A stretch of DNA of 32,000 bases from Methanothermobacter tenebrarum (GTDB taxonomy: Archaea; Methanobacteriota; Methanobacteria; Methanobacteriales; DSM-23052), in the NCBI RefSeq assembly GCF_023167465.1, contig NZ_AP025698.1, positions 882,771 to 914,770 on the forward strand. The letters run 5' to 3'. Under the pieces are notes generated by a model. The model made no database searches. It was not told where the DNA came from and saw nothing but the letters and a program-made list of their open reading frames with translations. A program made the translations under genes and the position numbers. Positions within the stretch are counted from its first letter, which is position 1. Each line of letters starts with the position of its first letter. Of this stretch, positions 1 to 8,576 are shown in pieces.

Positions 1-144
1 ACGTTTAGGATGTAGGAGTTCACAGAGGAGCGTACCATCTAACACCCTACTATAAGAACAATCCCTTGGATTTTTAACAATCAAAAAAGAACACCTCCAA
101 TATATTATATTAGAAATGAACTTATAATATGGAGGTGGAAGCAT

Positions 145-480
145 ATGGATGATAGCCTGCTTGCTTTCCATTATGCTGACCGGGCGAAGGCATTCATCCT
201 AGAAACATTCCACTTATTCGAATACTACCAACAGTTAAACAATTGTAGAGAACTCATGCTAGAAATACTCAAAGGATGCGAAAAGGAGATAACACTCGGA
301 AAAAACATATGCTCCAAGATAACCTGGGCAAAAGATTACTTCGAAGAGGCATCCAAACTGGCCAGGGAACTTATAAGGGACTTCAACAGGGGAGACAATG
401 AACAAGTAAAAGAGGATCTTAGGAACATGTTAAATAAGATGACAACCTGCGCCGCCACAGCAGAAAAAAATATAAACTAA
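145..480 (+). CDS. hypothetical small helical protein (111 aa)
   Basis: ATG at 145 preceded by GGAGGTGG (131-138) at 6-nt spacing. No family motif recognised. Two short hairpins follow the stop (482-494 GACC/GGTC; 514-537 CCCCAC/GTGGGG). Confidence 0.55.
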   Translation: MDDSLLAFHYADRAKAFILETFHLFEYYQQLNNCRELMLEILKGCEKEITLGKNICSKITWAKDYFEEASKLARELIRDFNRGDNEQVKEDLRNMLNKMTTCAATAEKNIN

Positions 481-510
481 AGACCTAACAGGTCATCTAA
501 AACTCATCAA

Positions 511-545
511 CTACCCCACCCTCCTAGTTGTGTGGGGGGTTTCCT
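511..545 (+). repeat. intergenic G6-hairpin motif, copy A (CTACCCC...TGTGTGGGGGGTTTCCT)
   Basis: The 17-mer TGTGTGGGGGGTTTCCT (529-545) is identical to 9225-9241. An upstream CTACCCC arm (511-517) is also shared and is complementary to the G-run. Confidence 0.45.
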
Positions 546-708
546 ACTCCAATAACAGAACCTGGATTAGTTGCAGTTTTGCTTCCACAAGCTCATAGCT
601 ACTCAACCCCATGAGAAAGAATCCTACTAGTGGACTTGCAATAATAGGAGCCTAACATGTCCTAAATATGGTCGAAAATATTGAAATGGGCAAAACCTGC
701 TGGGGGAG

Positions 709-1863
709 ATGATAGAAAGGAGAAGAGGAGAAATGAGGATAGGCATAGTGACAGAATACTTCCCCAAAAGTCAAAAATTAGACATCAGAGGGGGTGCTGA
801 AGCCTGCGCATTCAACGAAGCCTGGACACTGAAAAGAAGACATAATATAACAATTTTAACATCAAGAGAAACCGGCACGCCAAGGGAATATACCATAGAT
901 GATCTCCATGTTATAGGATGCGGCCCCCCACGCCCATATGTACAGAAAGGCTCATTCTTTGAACGTTTAAAGTTCATGACAGACGCCTACCATATAGGCT
1001 CAAAACTCGACCTCGATGTTATAATAGGCTACAACTTCATAACACACCCCGTAGCATGGAAGATAGGGAGAAAAATTGGCATACCAGCGGTTGCACGCTA
1101 CCACGACGTCTGGATAGGTCAATGGATAAAAAATATAGGCTGGGGTGGCATACTCGGCGAGATACTTGAAAGATACAACCTTTCAAGAAACTTTGACCAA
1201 ATAATCGCAGTATCAGAATATACCAGAGAAAAACTCAAAAAATATTTCCCAGCCGAAAAAATAAGCGTAGTCCACAACATCATAGACCCTAAAGTCCCAG
1301 AACATGAAAAAAATGAAAGACCAACCATCACATGCGTTTCAAGACTCGTCAAATACAAGAGAGTAGAAGATCTCATAAAAGCCGTTAAAATCCTCATAGA
1401 TGACTTTCCAGGCCTCAAGTGCAACATAGTGGGTACAGGCCCCCTTGAAGGATATCTCAAGAAACTCACAGGCGACCTAGGCCTCGATAAACATGTTAAA
1501 TTTCATGGATTCATCAAGAAACATGAGGACGTGCTCAGGATGATAGCATCATCACACGTTTTTTGCCTGCCAAGTGTGGTCGAGGGCTTCGGGATCGTCA
1601 TAGTAGAATCCATGAGCTGTGGAACGCCATTCGTCGCCACAAGGATACCCCCAATACTTGAGGCAAGTAAAGGTAAAGGCGGATTATTCTTTAAACCAAA
1701 AAATCATGAAGACCTTGCAGATAAGGTAAAAATGCTCCTAGAAGATAACGAACTCTATGAAAGATTAAAAGTGGAAGGCCTCAGAGAATTCAAAGAATAC
1801 AGAAGCGAAAATATCGGGAAAAAATTAGAAAAGATACTAAAAAGCCTCCAAACTGGAACGTGA
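709..1863 (+). CDS. glycosyltransferase, GT4 (GT-B fold, Glycos_transf_1) family
   Basis: N-terminal MRIGIVTEYFP...GGAE and the C-terminal retaining-GT signature PSVVEGFGIVIVESMSCGTPFVATR are typical of GT4 enzymes. The true start may be the second ATG at 733 (MRIGIV...), with AAGGAG 10 nt upstream. Confidence 0.85.
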   Translation: MIERRRGEMRIGIVTEYFPKSQKLDIRGGAEACAFNEAWTLKRRHNITILTSRETGTPREYTIDDLHVIGCGPPRPYVQKGSFFERLKFMTDAYHIGSKLDLDVIIGYNFITHPVAWKIGRKIGIPAVARYHDVWIGQWIKNIGWGGILGEILERYNLSRNFDQIIAVSEYTREKLKKYFPAEKISVVHNIIDPKVPEHEKNERPTITCVSRLVKYKRVEDLIKAVKILIDDFPGLKCNIVGTGPLEGYLKKLTGDLGLDKHVKFHGFIKKHEDVLRMIASSHVFCLPSVVEGFGIVIVESMSCGTPFVATRIPPILEASKGKGGLFFKPKNHEDLADKVKMLLEDNELYERLKVEGLREFKEYRSENIGKKLEKILKSLQTGT

Positions 1864-2387
1864 ACCTACATTATAAAAGGTTTTCTTGTAAATAAAGGTT
1901 ATTAGTAGTCCCCTTTAATTTGAAGAATATTCCAGAAGCTGGGCGGATAAAAATATTTTTGTGTCGTTGCATCCCTCAAGCCATTTTTTTATTCCATAAG
2001 AAAATCCTTGGAAGTTTATATTTTCTTACTTAGGGATCCTAGTCCTCTGGGGGGCTGTGAAGACGCGCAGTGATGATGTTATGCGAACTTTCGTCAATGG
2101 CCGGACAATGTATAGCAATTGCAGATCATGGAACTGACTATAGCATCCTTTAAAGAAGGTGGAGGATGGCATTCCCCAGAGAAGATAATCTCACTTATAA
2201 AATGGTCTCCAATAGTTGAATATTGTGATTTTTCAATATTTTTTTACAAATAAAACTTTGAAGCGTAAGTGACCGCCCTTCTTTTGTGGGGGGATTATAG
2301 CAACGTAAATAAGAACAAGTGCCCCCTCCCAAAACTGTGAAGTCGATTCTATGGAATGTAAGATTTGATGGGGGAGGTGATCTTCTT

Positions 2388-4175
2388 TCAGAAGGCGTCA
2401 CCGCCCCCGCCCATGTCACCGCCTCCAATATCTCCAATATCTCCAGTATCTCCTACAGTCTCATCAAATTCGATTTCAGTCGCTGTGCTCATACCTGTGG
2501 CTAAAGCACTGCTCAACAGTGCATATCCCCCATAATCGTGGAATACGTACATGTCATTTTCTTCTAGTTCTTGTTGTGGTAATTGGAATTTCATGGCTTT
2601 TATAACATTATCCGCTATCCCCAGGGCTGTTGCATAGACTAGATACTTGTTCCAGATTTCAACGGACTCTGGGGGGTACTCTTTTATCAAACTGAAATCT
2701 TTAAGGTATTTTTTGAAATTTTTCCATTTTTCAATGTGTTCTCTGCCCTCGCGTGTCCAATGTCCTGGTATATCCTCTGGTAGCAATATTGCTATTATTG
2801 AAGTTATCGCTAGTAATATTGACGCGAAAAATGGTAATCTTGCAAGTGGATCCTGTATTGTTAAAAAGGCTACTATAATGGCTAATGCCACCCCTATGAA
2901 ACCAAAGACTTTCATATATTTTGCACCTTTGTTTATGAATATCCTCCCTATTTTTTCTTTGTTTAAAAATTTAGTTTTGATGCTATTCTTCCACTTGTCA
3001 TAGACATCTTTAAAGTATCGGGCGTGACGTTTTTTTGATAGTTTCTTTGGGATTTCATCTAATTCTATTAGGTCACCTTTTTTGAATCTTCTTAGAAACC
3101 TCATCACATACATTTCAAAGTCTTCTAGACCCTTTTCCTTGTTGATTTTTAAAAATACTCTTTTAGTTTTCCCTTTTGTCCTGGTTTCTACTTTAAGATA
3201 GTTTCTATTTATTAAATCCATTATTGTGGCTTTGAATCCATTCATGTCAGGTTCGCCCACGCCTTTAAACACCTTAGAAGTGTATATGGCGTTTACTACC
3301 GCTGGCGGGTCATCGTATGGTATCTCATGTTCATAATCTGCCCTGTAGTCTATTTTCGGTTCTCTACCATACTTTAGGTATATCAGTAAAGGAGTGAAGC
3401 TAGCTATGAGTAATAAGATCCCGGTAAGGGAATACAAAATGTTTTTGAATGCTAGTTCTTCCTGGTATTTCTCTTGTTTGCCCTCTATTATAGCTAATGC
3501 ATCCTGGTTTATGATTGTCCCATTGGCTGGATTAGCCGCGAAATATTCTTTCGGTATGACCATTTCAACTTCAAAGAACTGACCAGCCGGTATGGTGTCG
3601 GCAGTGACCTCTAGTGTATTTCCTCGCCATTTAGAATCTTTCACATAATATGGTGGATTTAACCAATACTTTACTCCATCTTTTCTTGGAAGGTGTATCC
3701 TAGTGTTGACCTGGCCTATGGGGACTTTCCATCCTTCACCGATTATCTTGTAATGGAGTTCTGTTATGTCATTGTAAAATCTTAGTACGTTTATCGCATT
3801 ATATTCAAAAGTAACATTCACTCTTTGATCTGTGATCGGCTTTGTTAACCTTGGATCTGAATATAAATAGACTTTGATGTTTTGGATGTTATTTTCCTTT
3901 TCCACCTCACAGGATCCTACGTATGCACCATCAGCGGATACATTCAAGTTTTGGATGGCTTGACTGCCTCGAAGTGGTATTTCACGGGTTATTCCATTCC
4001 AAGTCCCATTGAATGAGTAATGTATTGTTTCTTTAACATGTATTGTCCCATCTTCTTTTAGGAAAAGTTCTGTGTCTATTGCTTGTATGGAATAACTCCT
4101 CTCTTGTATGAATGTAAAGGCCACTATAATTGCGCATAAAGCAGCCGTTATTATTATCAGGTTCCTTATTTTCAT
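2388..4175 (-). CDS. DUF2207-family membrane protein (595 aa)
   Basis: N-terminal TM anchor (IIITAALCAIIVAFTFI), a beta-rich extracytoplasmic domain, central and C-terminal TM helices, and a Gly/Asp-rich tail (GDTGDIGDIGGGDMGGGGDAF). It sits 10 nt downstream of a LemA gene, the usual LemA-DUF2207 pairing. Family call is from architecture and memory. Confidence 0.7.
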   Translation of the reverse strand: MKIRNLIIITAALCAIIVAFTFIQERSYSIQAIDTELFLKEDGTIHVKETIHYSFNGTWNGITREIPLRGSQAIQNLNVSADGAYVGSCEVEKENNIQNIKVYLYSDPRLTKPITDQRVNVTFEYNAINVLRFYNDITELHYKIIGEGWKVPIGQVNTRIHLPRKDGVKYWLNPPYYVKDSKWRGNTLEVTADTIPAGQFFEVEMVIPKEYFAANPANGTIINQDALAIIEGKQEKYQEELAFKNILYSLTGILLLIASFTPLLIYLKYGREPKIDYRADYEHEIPYDDPPAVVNAIYTSKVFKGVGEPDMNGFKATIMDLINRNYLKVETRTKGKTKRVFLKINKEKGLEDFEMYVMRFLRRFKKGDLIELDEIPKKLSKKRHARYFKDVYDKWKNSIKTKFLNKEKIGRIFINKGAKYMKVFGFIGVALAIIVAFLTIQDPLARLPFFASILLAITSIIAILLPEDIPGHWTREGREHIEKWKNFKKYLKDFSLIKEYPPESVEIWNKYLVYATALGIADNVIKAMKFQLPQQELEENDMYVFHDYGGYALLSSALATGMSTATEIEFDETVGDTGDIGDIGGGDMGGGGDAF

Positions 4176-4185
4176 TATATATCCC

Positions 4186-4749
4186 CTAAAATTTGACTTC
4201 TGGCACTTCTCGGGTACTTTCTTCTACTTGGAAGAATTCAGCCTCCTTAAAATTAAAAATAGAAGCGATTAAATTGCTTGGGATCATCTGACATTTATTA
4301 TTGTACATTAGTACCGTATCATTATAGAATTGGCGTGAATAGGCTATCTTATCCTCTAGTCCTTCTAGTTGTCCTTGTAATTCCAGGAAGTTTTCATTGG
4401 CCTTAAGATCAGGATAATCCTCTGCGACAGCGAACAAACTCTTCAAGGCACTGGTCAACATGTTATCGGCCTTTTCAACCTCCCTAACACTCTCAGCATC
4501 CATCAGAGCACTCCTAACCTTGGTAACATTTTCTAGTACACTTTTTTCATGCTTTGCATAACCTTTAACAGCCTCCACAAGATTGGGTACTAAATCCGCT
4601 CTCCGTTTAAGCTGGACATCTATCTGCGACCAAGCATTTTCAACCCTATTTCTAAACTGCACAAGGCTATTATATAAATATACAAAGTACACTAACAACA
4701 AAAATATAATAAGAACAATTATCATTGCAAATAACATTCCAAAGCCCAT
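4186..4749 (-). CDS. lemA: LemA family protein
   Basis: Single N-terminal TM followed by the LemA signature [44 protein letters not shown]...FYNDTV. Confidence 0.9.
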   Translation of the reverse strand: MGFGMLFAMIIVLIIFLLLVYFVYLYNSLVQFRNRVENAWSQIDVQLKRRADLVPNLVEAVKGYAKHEKSVLENVTKVRSALMDAESVREVEKADNMLTSALKSLFAVAEDYPDLKANENFLELQGQLEGLEDKIAYSRQFYNDTVLMYNNKCQMIPSNLIASIFNFKEAEFFQVEESTREVPEVKF

Positions 4750-4979
4750 CTAATTTCCCCCCCAAAAATATAATATACTCTTTGAAAGCACCTATAAAAA
4801 TATAACGGTAAGATAAAGGACACACTTTATGGCCCTTGTTAACAAAAAATTTTGCCAAAAGCGCATCTTCTAAAGTACACATAATCTCCAACGATAACAT
4901 ATGATTGAAAAACCATCCAATCCCTTGCATCCTAGAGAACTCTGAGGGAAAGGGCACCATAAGCCCCAGAAAAGGTGAA

Positions 4980-5572
4980 CTACCCCTCCTTGATGGGAGG
5001 TGCTTCCTGTTTCAATGATGAGACTTGCCCAGCTACCACGGCAGGGGATGCTGAGTAGGGAGTTTCTCGTGGGCTTGGGGGCTGTCCCAGCCCCGAGTCG
5101 AGTATCCTATTAGCAGATATATAATCCCGATATGGATCTTTGTATGTTAATCCTTTGCTTGTGCCTCTTGGGTTCACCTTCAATACTCGTTTACCAGCAT
5201 TTTCAGCTTTGTAAGCGAGCATGTCGGAGGAATTTTCCCCATGAGGCGTCTTGGATCTTCTTGCTAAGTCGGCGGTTCCTGACCATGTTCTTTATGTTCA
5301 GGTTTTCAACACAGATAAATATCATTTGATGTAGAATTTTGAGAGTTTGAAGGTCGTCTCTTTGATTTTTAAGTTTTTCATGGGCCCTTGCAAGTTTTAT
5401 TCTTGCTTTCTCATAGTTTTTTGAACCTTTCTTTTTCCTTGAAAGATTCTTTTGCAGGATCTTTATTTTCTTAAGGGTTTTTTCATAGAGTTTTGGATTT
5501 TCTATTTGTCTTCCTTCACTATCAGTCAAGAAGTATTTTATCCCTACATCTATACCAATGATATTTCAGGAA
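4980..5572 (-). pseudogene. tnpB: degraded IS200/IS605-family tnpB (RuvC-like RNA-guided nuclease) relic
   Basis: Minus-strand translation gives GIDVGIKYFLTDSEGRQIENPK...LSRKKKGSKNYEKARIKLARAHEKLKNQRDD...VENLNIKNM...DASWGKF, then in another frame LAYKAENAGKRVLKVNPRGTS...YRDYISANRIL. These are the TnpB RuvC I/II/III blocks. There are three lesions. An in-frame TGA sits directly upstream of GIDVG, so the N-terminal ~170 aa are missing. A frameshift lies at about 5205-5222. The Cys4 zinc-finger segment between TS and RD is deleted. No tnpA is present. Confidence 0.75.
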
Positions 5573-5923
5573 TTTCGGCGCGAAACATGCTCGAAAAACT
5601 ACTGGGGACAGTTGACACTACAATGATGTTCTCAACACCTTATAGGACTACTGAAACGGGAGCATGTCTCTATAGTCTGATGTCAAATATTTATGTTGCC
5701 TTAGCTTCCTAAACAAATAAAAATAAGAGATCAGCTTTCATCCCAGCTTTCCATCAATAAGGATCAAATTTAAATATTTTCTATAACAAACCTACTTATC
5801 AGACTCACTATCCAAAAGCGTACTCTGAAAAATAGATAGGATCATATAAACCTCCCCTACCATCACCACAGACTTTAACATCCCAATTCAATTTTTTTTT
5901 GACCTGAAACGGGGGGTTACAAT

Positions 5924-7414
5924 TTGTCTAAGAAGTATAAATTACTAAAGACTTTGACGATTAGAGAACTTAAAGAAATTTGTAGACGTTATGGTTTAAG
6001 GGGCTATTCTAAACTCAGACAAAAAGAACTAGCTCATTTTGTGGCTAAAAGTCTAGATTTATCTACAGAAGAAATAGAAAAGTTAGTTAGCAGTTTTTGG
6101 GATGATAGACTCATATCCAAGGTGAAAGATGCTGAAGACTACTTTTTAATGGACAATGTTGAAATAGAATATTTTGATGAAGATTTTATAAAAGCTCAAC
6201 TTGGAAGGCACGAAGTTAAAATCATCAATCTTGGAAAAAAAGATTTTAGGTACTATTGTGACTGCGATGATTATAAATACCAGGTCAAAAGGGGGAAATA
6301 TCCATTTTGTAAACACTATTCTGCAGTAATCGCTAAATTAATATATGAAGGTAAATTAGATGTTAAAAAGACACAACCTAATTTCATTTCCGGTAAAGTC
6401 TTAGATTCCTTGGAGGAGATAGTTGAAAATAGAAGAAGAGAAGATGGTATAATAATGCCACTGGGCAGAGATATTGAAAACAGCCTAAAAAATATTAAAA
6501 AAGATTTAGTCGAAATTTCTAAACAAAACGAGGAACTTGCCAGAAAAAAATATCATGAGCCCCCAGAAAAGGTCTTTGAATATTTGGTTGACCAAGCATT
6601 CCAGCTCCTAGAATATGAAACCATAACACAAAGGAGAGAGCAAGGATGGGACCTCCTAGTTATCGGCACCTACGCCCCAAAACCCTACATTGCAGTAGTG
6701 GAATGTAAAACAGCTAAATCAGGAATATACGACCATCTACTTCATAACCCCAATTATTTGATTCGCTTGAAAAATTATTGCATAGAGATGTGCAAAGAAA
6801 AACTAATAGGCGGATTCAAAGATTATGTAAAGTATATGGTGATCGTAGCACCTGATTTCCCCGAGGAAATAGTTAAATTCCAGTCCCAGTTTAAACAAAT
6901 GACAGGAGGCATCGAACTTTCATTTTTACCCGCCCCAACATTACTTTACATGGTGGAAAAATATCGGGAAAATCCAATATTAACCCATTATATATCAGAA
7001 TCCATCTTTAAACGTGGCGGGATAATTAAAAATGATGACGTTGACAAACTATTCTCAAAATCAGAGGAACACATACAAAGTATAATCGAAGATGTGAGAG
7101 ACTCCCTAAGATACCATATGAATGAAGTGTGCCAACGCCACACAGACGCTTGTTATATCAAAATAGATGATACATTCCTAAAAAGGATCATAGACAAAAT
7201 AATATCCACTCTAGACCCCTATCTACTCAAACAGGGAAAAGACGGGGTCACAGGCATGAAAACTATCAACATAAAACACGATTACTACAAATTATGGGAA
7301 AAAGTTTTAAATGCAGTAATCGAAGACTTTACAGAGAGGCTCAAAGAACAATCAACACTCCAAATCAAAAAATCAGACCTAAAAGAAAACATAATCAAAC
7401 AACTAGGAATCTAA
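5924..7414 (+). CDS. Rho_N/SAP-like + SWIM zinc finger + PD-(D/E)xK restriction-endonuclease-like protein (496 aa)
   Basis: TTG start with GGGGGG SD 7 nt upstream. The N-terminus LTIRELKEICRRYGLRGYSKLRQKELAHFV matches the Rho_N/SAP helix-extended-helix. CDCDDYKYQVKRGKYPFCKH (6257-6316) fits the SWIM pattern CxCx(n)CxH. FEYLVDQAFQLLEYE...GWDLLVIG...YIAVVECKTAKSG (D243, E260, K262; 6650-6709) is an Mrr-cat-like nuclease core. The C-terminal ~150 aa are unassigned. The gene looks AT-richer than its neighbours by eye. Confidence 0.75.
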   Translation: MSKKYKLLKTLTIRELKEICRRYGLRGYSKLRQKELAHFVAKSLDLSTEEIEKLVSSFWDDRLISKVKDAEDYFLMDNVEIEYFDEDFIKAQLGRHEVKIINLGKKDFRYYCDCDDYKYQVKRGKYPFCKHYSAVIAKLIYEGKLDVKKTQPNFISGKVLDSLEEIVENRRREDGIIMPLGRDIENSLKNIKKDLVEISKQNEELARKKYHEPPEKVFEYLVDQAFQLLEYETITQRREQGWDLLVIGTYAPKPYIAVVECKTAKSGIYDHLLHNPNYLIRLKNYCIEMCKEKLIGGFKDYVKYMVIVAPDFPEEIVKFQSQFKQMTGGIELSFLPAPTLLYMVEKYRENPILTHYISESIFKRGGIIKNDDVDKLFSKSEEHIQSIIEDVRDSLRYHMNEVCQRHTDACYIKIDDTFLKRIIDKIISTLDPYLLKQGKDGVTGMKTINIKHDYYKLWEKVLNAVIEDFTERLKEQSTLQIKKSDLKENIIKQLGI

Positions 7415-7423
7415 AACTTTATA

Positions 7424-7440
7424 GGGAAACTTATCTTCCC
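7424..7440. terminator. small hairpin between convergent genes (GGGAA-ACTTATC-TTCCC)
   Basis: 5-bp stem and 7-nt loop inside the 51-bp spacer between the convergent 5924-7414 (+) and trxB (-) genes, flanked by T/A-rich sequence. Weak evidence only. Confidence 0.25.
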
Positions 7441-7465
7441 ACCCATATAGAATTAAAATTTCTGT

Positions 7466-8365
7466 TTACTGTGTATCTCTTTGTGCGCTGGTTGCGGCTA
7501 TCGCACCCTCAGCACATGCTGTAATCCACTGATTCAAGCCACCTGTTATATCACCTGCTGCATAAACACCCTCTACACTCGTTCTCTGTTGTTTGTCAGT
7601 TATTATGTAACCGGCCTTGTCTAATTTGACTCCGAGGTCTTGTGCGAGTTTGTTTATTGGTTCTTCCCCTATCGCTATGAATATCCCATCAACCTTTATT
7701 GTTTCTGTTTGGCCGGTTTTTCTATTTTCTAGTACGGCCTTTTGGACTTTCCCTTTTCCCTTGATTTCTTTTAGGGTGGTGTTCCATATTATGGGGATTT
7801 TCAGTTTCTTTGCCCGGTCTTGTAGGTATTTTTGGGCTCTTAACTCGTCTCTCCTGTGCACTATCGAAGGCTTGCATCCGATCTGTTTTAGGAATATTGC
7901 CTCCTGGACTGCGCTGTTTCCCCCGCCGATTACTAGGATTTCCTTGCCTTTGTAGAGTGGTCCGTCGCATGTTGCACAGTATGATACTCCCCGGCCTAGG
8001 AATTCCTTTTCTCCCGGGATTTTTAGTCTTCTGTGTCGTGTGCCAGTGGCTAATATTATTGTCCGGGTTGTGTAGGTGTCTTTTTTTGTCTCTACTGTAA
8101 ATTTCATGTTCTCTTTTTTGATTTTGATGACCTCTTCTAATTCTTTGAGTTCGACGAGTTTTGTTGCCTGTTTTTTTATTTTTTGTATGAGTTCTTGTCC
8201 TTGTATTTTTTCATAGCCGGGGTAGTTTTCCATTAATGGTACTTCTAGTCCTTTGCCACCTGCTATATTCTTTTCGAGTATGAGTGTTTTGCTCCCTTGT
8301 CTTCCAGCATATATACCGGCCGTTAACCCGGCTGGTCCGGCTCCTATTATTATTATGTCATACAT
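7466..8365 (-). CDS. trxB: thioredoxin-disulfide reductase
   Basis: FAD-binding site [21 protein letters not shown], redox-active CATC ([11 protein letters not shown]), NAD(P)H-site [12 protein letters not shown], and C-terminal GVYAAGD. Confidence 0.92.
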   Translation of the reverse strand: MYDIIIIGAGPAGLTAGIYAGRQGSKTLILEKNIAGGKGLEVPLMENYPGYEKIQGQELIQKIKKQATKLVELKELEEVIKIKKENMKFTVETKKDTYTTRTIILATGTRHRRLKIPGEKEFLGRGVSYCATCDGPLYKGKEILVIGGGNSAVQEAIFLKQIGCKPSIVHRRDELRAQKYLQDRAKKLKIPIIWNTTLKEIKGKGKVQKAVLENRKTGQTETIKVDGIFIAIGEEPINKLAQDLGVKLDKAGYIITDKQQRTSVEGVYAAGDITGGLNQWITACAEGAIAATSAQRDTQ

Positions 8366-8380
8366 CGGGTGTGGCTCCCG

Positions 8381-8395
8381 AAAATTTTATAAATA
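8381..8395 (+). promoter_or_regulatory. putative archaeal BRE/TATA box for the tRNA-Glu/tRNA-Gly transcription unit
   Basis: AAAATTTTATAAATA is centred about 27-30 nt upstream of the mature tRNA-Glu 5' end (8418), the expected TATA-to-start distance in archaea. Confidence 0.5.
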
Positions 8396-8417
8396 TTTTT
8401 ATAGATAGTATTGTATT

Positions 8418-8492
8418 GCTCCGATAGTGTAGTCCGGCCAATCATCTCGGCCTCTCGAGCCGAGGACCCGGGTTCAAATCCCGGTCGGAGCA
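8418..8492 (+). tRNA. tRNA-Glu (anticodon CTC)
   Basis: Hand-folded cloverleaf. Acceptor GCTCCGA/TCGGAGC, discriminator A, anticodon stem TCGGC/GCCGA with loop CTCTCGA (CTC), T-arm CCGGG-TTCAAAT-CCCGG. 75 nt, CCA not encoded. Confidence 0.9.
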
Positions 8493-8500
8493 CTCATTTT

Positions 8501-8574
8501 GCGGCGTTGGTCCAGCCTGGTTAAGACACTGGCCCCCCAAGCCAGTGACCCGGGTTCAAATCCCGGACGCCGCA
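8501..8574 (+). tRNA. tRNA-Gly (anticodon CCC) with apparent C at position 33
   Basis: Acceptor GCGGCGT/ACGCCGC, discriminator A, anticodon stem CTGGC/GCCAG with loop CCCCCAA, T-arm CCGGG-TTCAAAT-CCCGG. 74 nt, CCA not encoded. It starts 8 nt after tRNA-Glu. Confidence 0.8.
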
Positions 8575-8576
8575 TT

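Noticed and set aside
2070-2137. Possible C/D-box sRNA (GTGATGA at 2070-2076, CTGA at 2134-2137, 68-nt span)
   Set aside because: There are no convincing internal D' or C' boxes at the expected spacing and no terminal stem pairing the ends. The two short boxes are likely chance matches.
2158-2214. 17-codon ORF (MAFPREDNLTYKMVSNS) directly after GGTGGAGG
   Set aside because: The SD-like sequence abuts the ATG with almost no spacer. The peptide is very short and has no distinguishing features. It is kept only as part of the unexplained intergenic region.
2424-2450. 9-nt tandem repeat (TCCAATATC x2, TCCAGTATC)
   Set aside because: This is not a CRISPR or satellite. It is the coding repeat for the GD(I/T) tail of the DUF2207 protein.
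2195-2504. ORFs 2195-2437 (-) and 2319-2504 (+)
   Set aside because: Both overlap the 3' end of the DUF2207 gene or its downstream spacer. They have odd composition, no SD and no recognisable motifs.
4670-4960. 96-aa minus-strand ORF upstream of and overlapping lemA
   Set aside because: It overlaps the lemA start in another frame and spans the AT-rich promoter region. The Cys/Phe/Ile-rich sequence looks non-genic.
5452-5712. 86-aa plus-strand ORF
   Set aside because: It is antisense to the tnpB relic and runs into non-coding DNA. There are no motifs or start signals.
7617-8100. Overlapping ORFs on both strands inside trxB (112, 82 and 96 aa)
   Set aside because: They lie in alternative frames of a strongly supported trxB gene, with biased composition and no start context.
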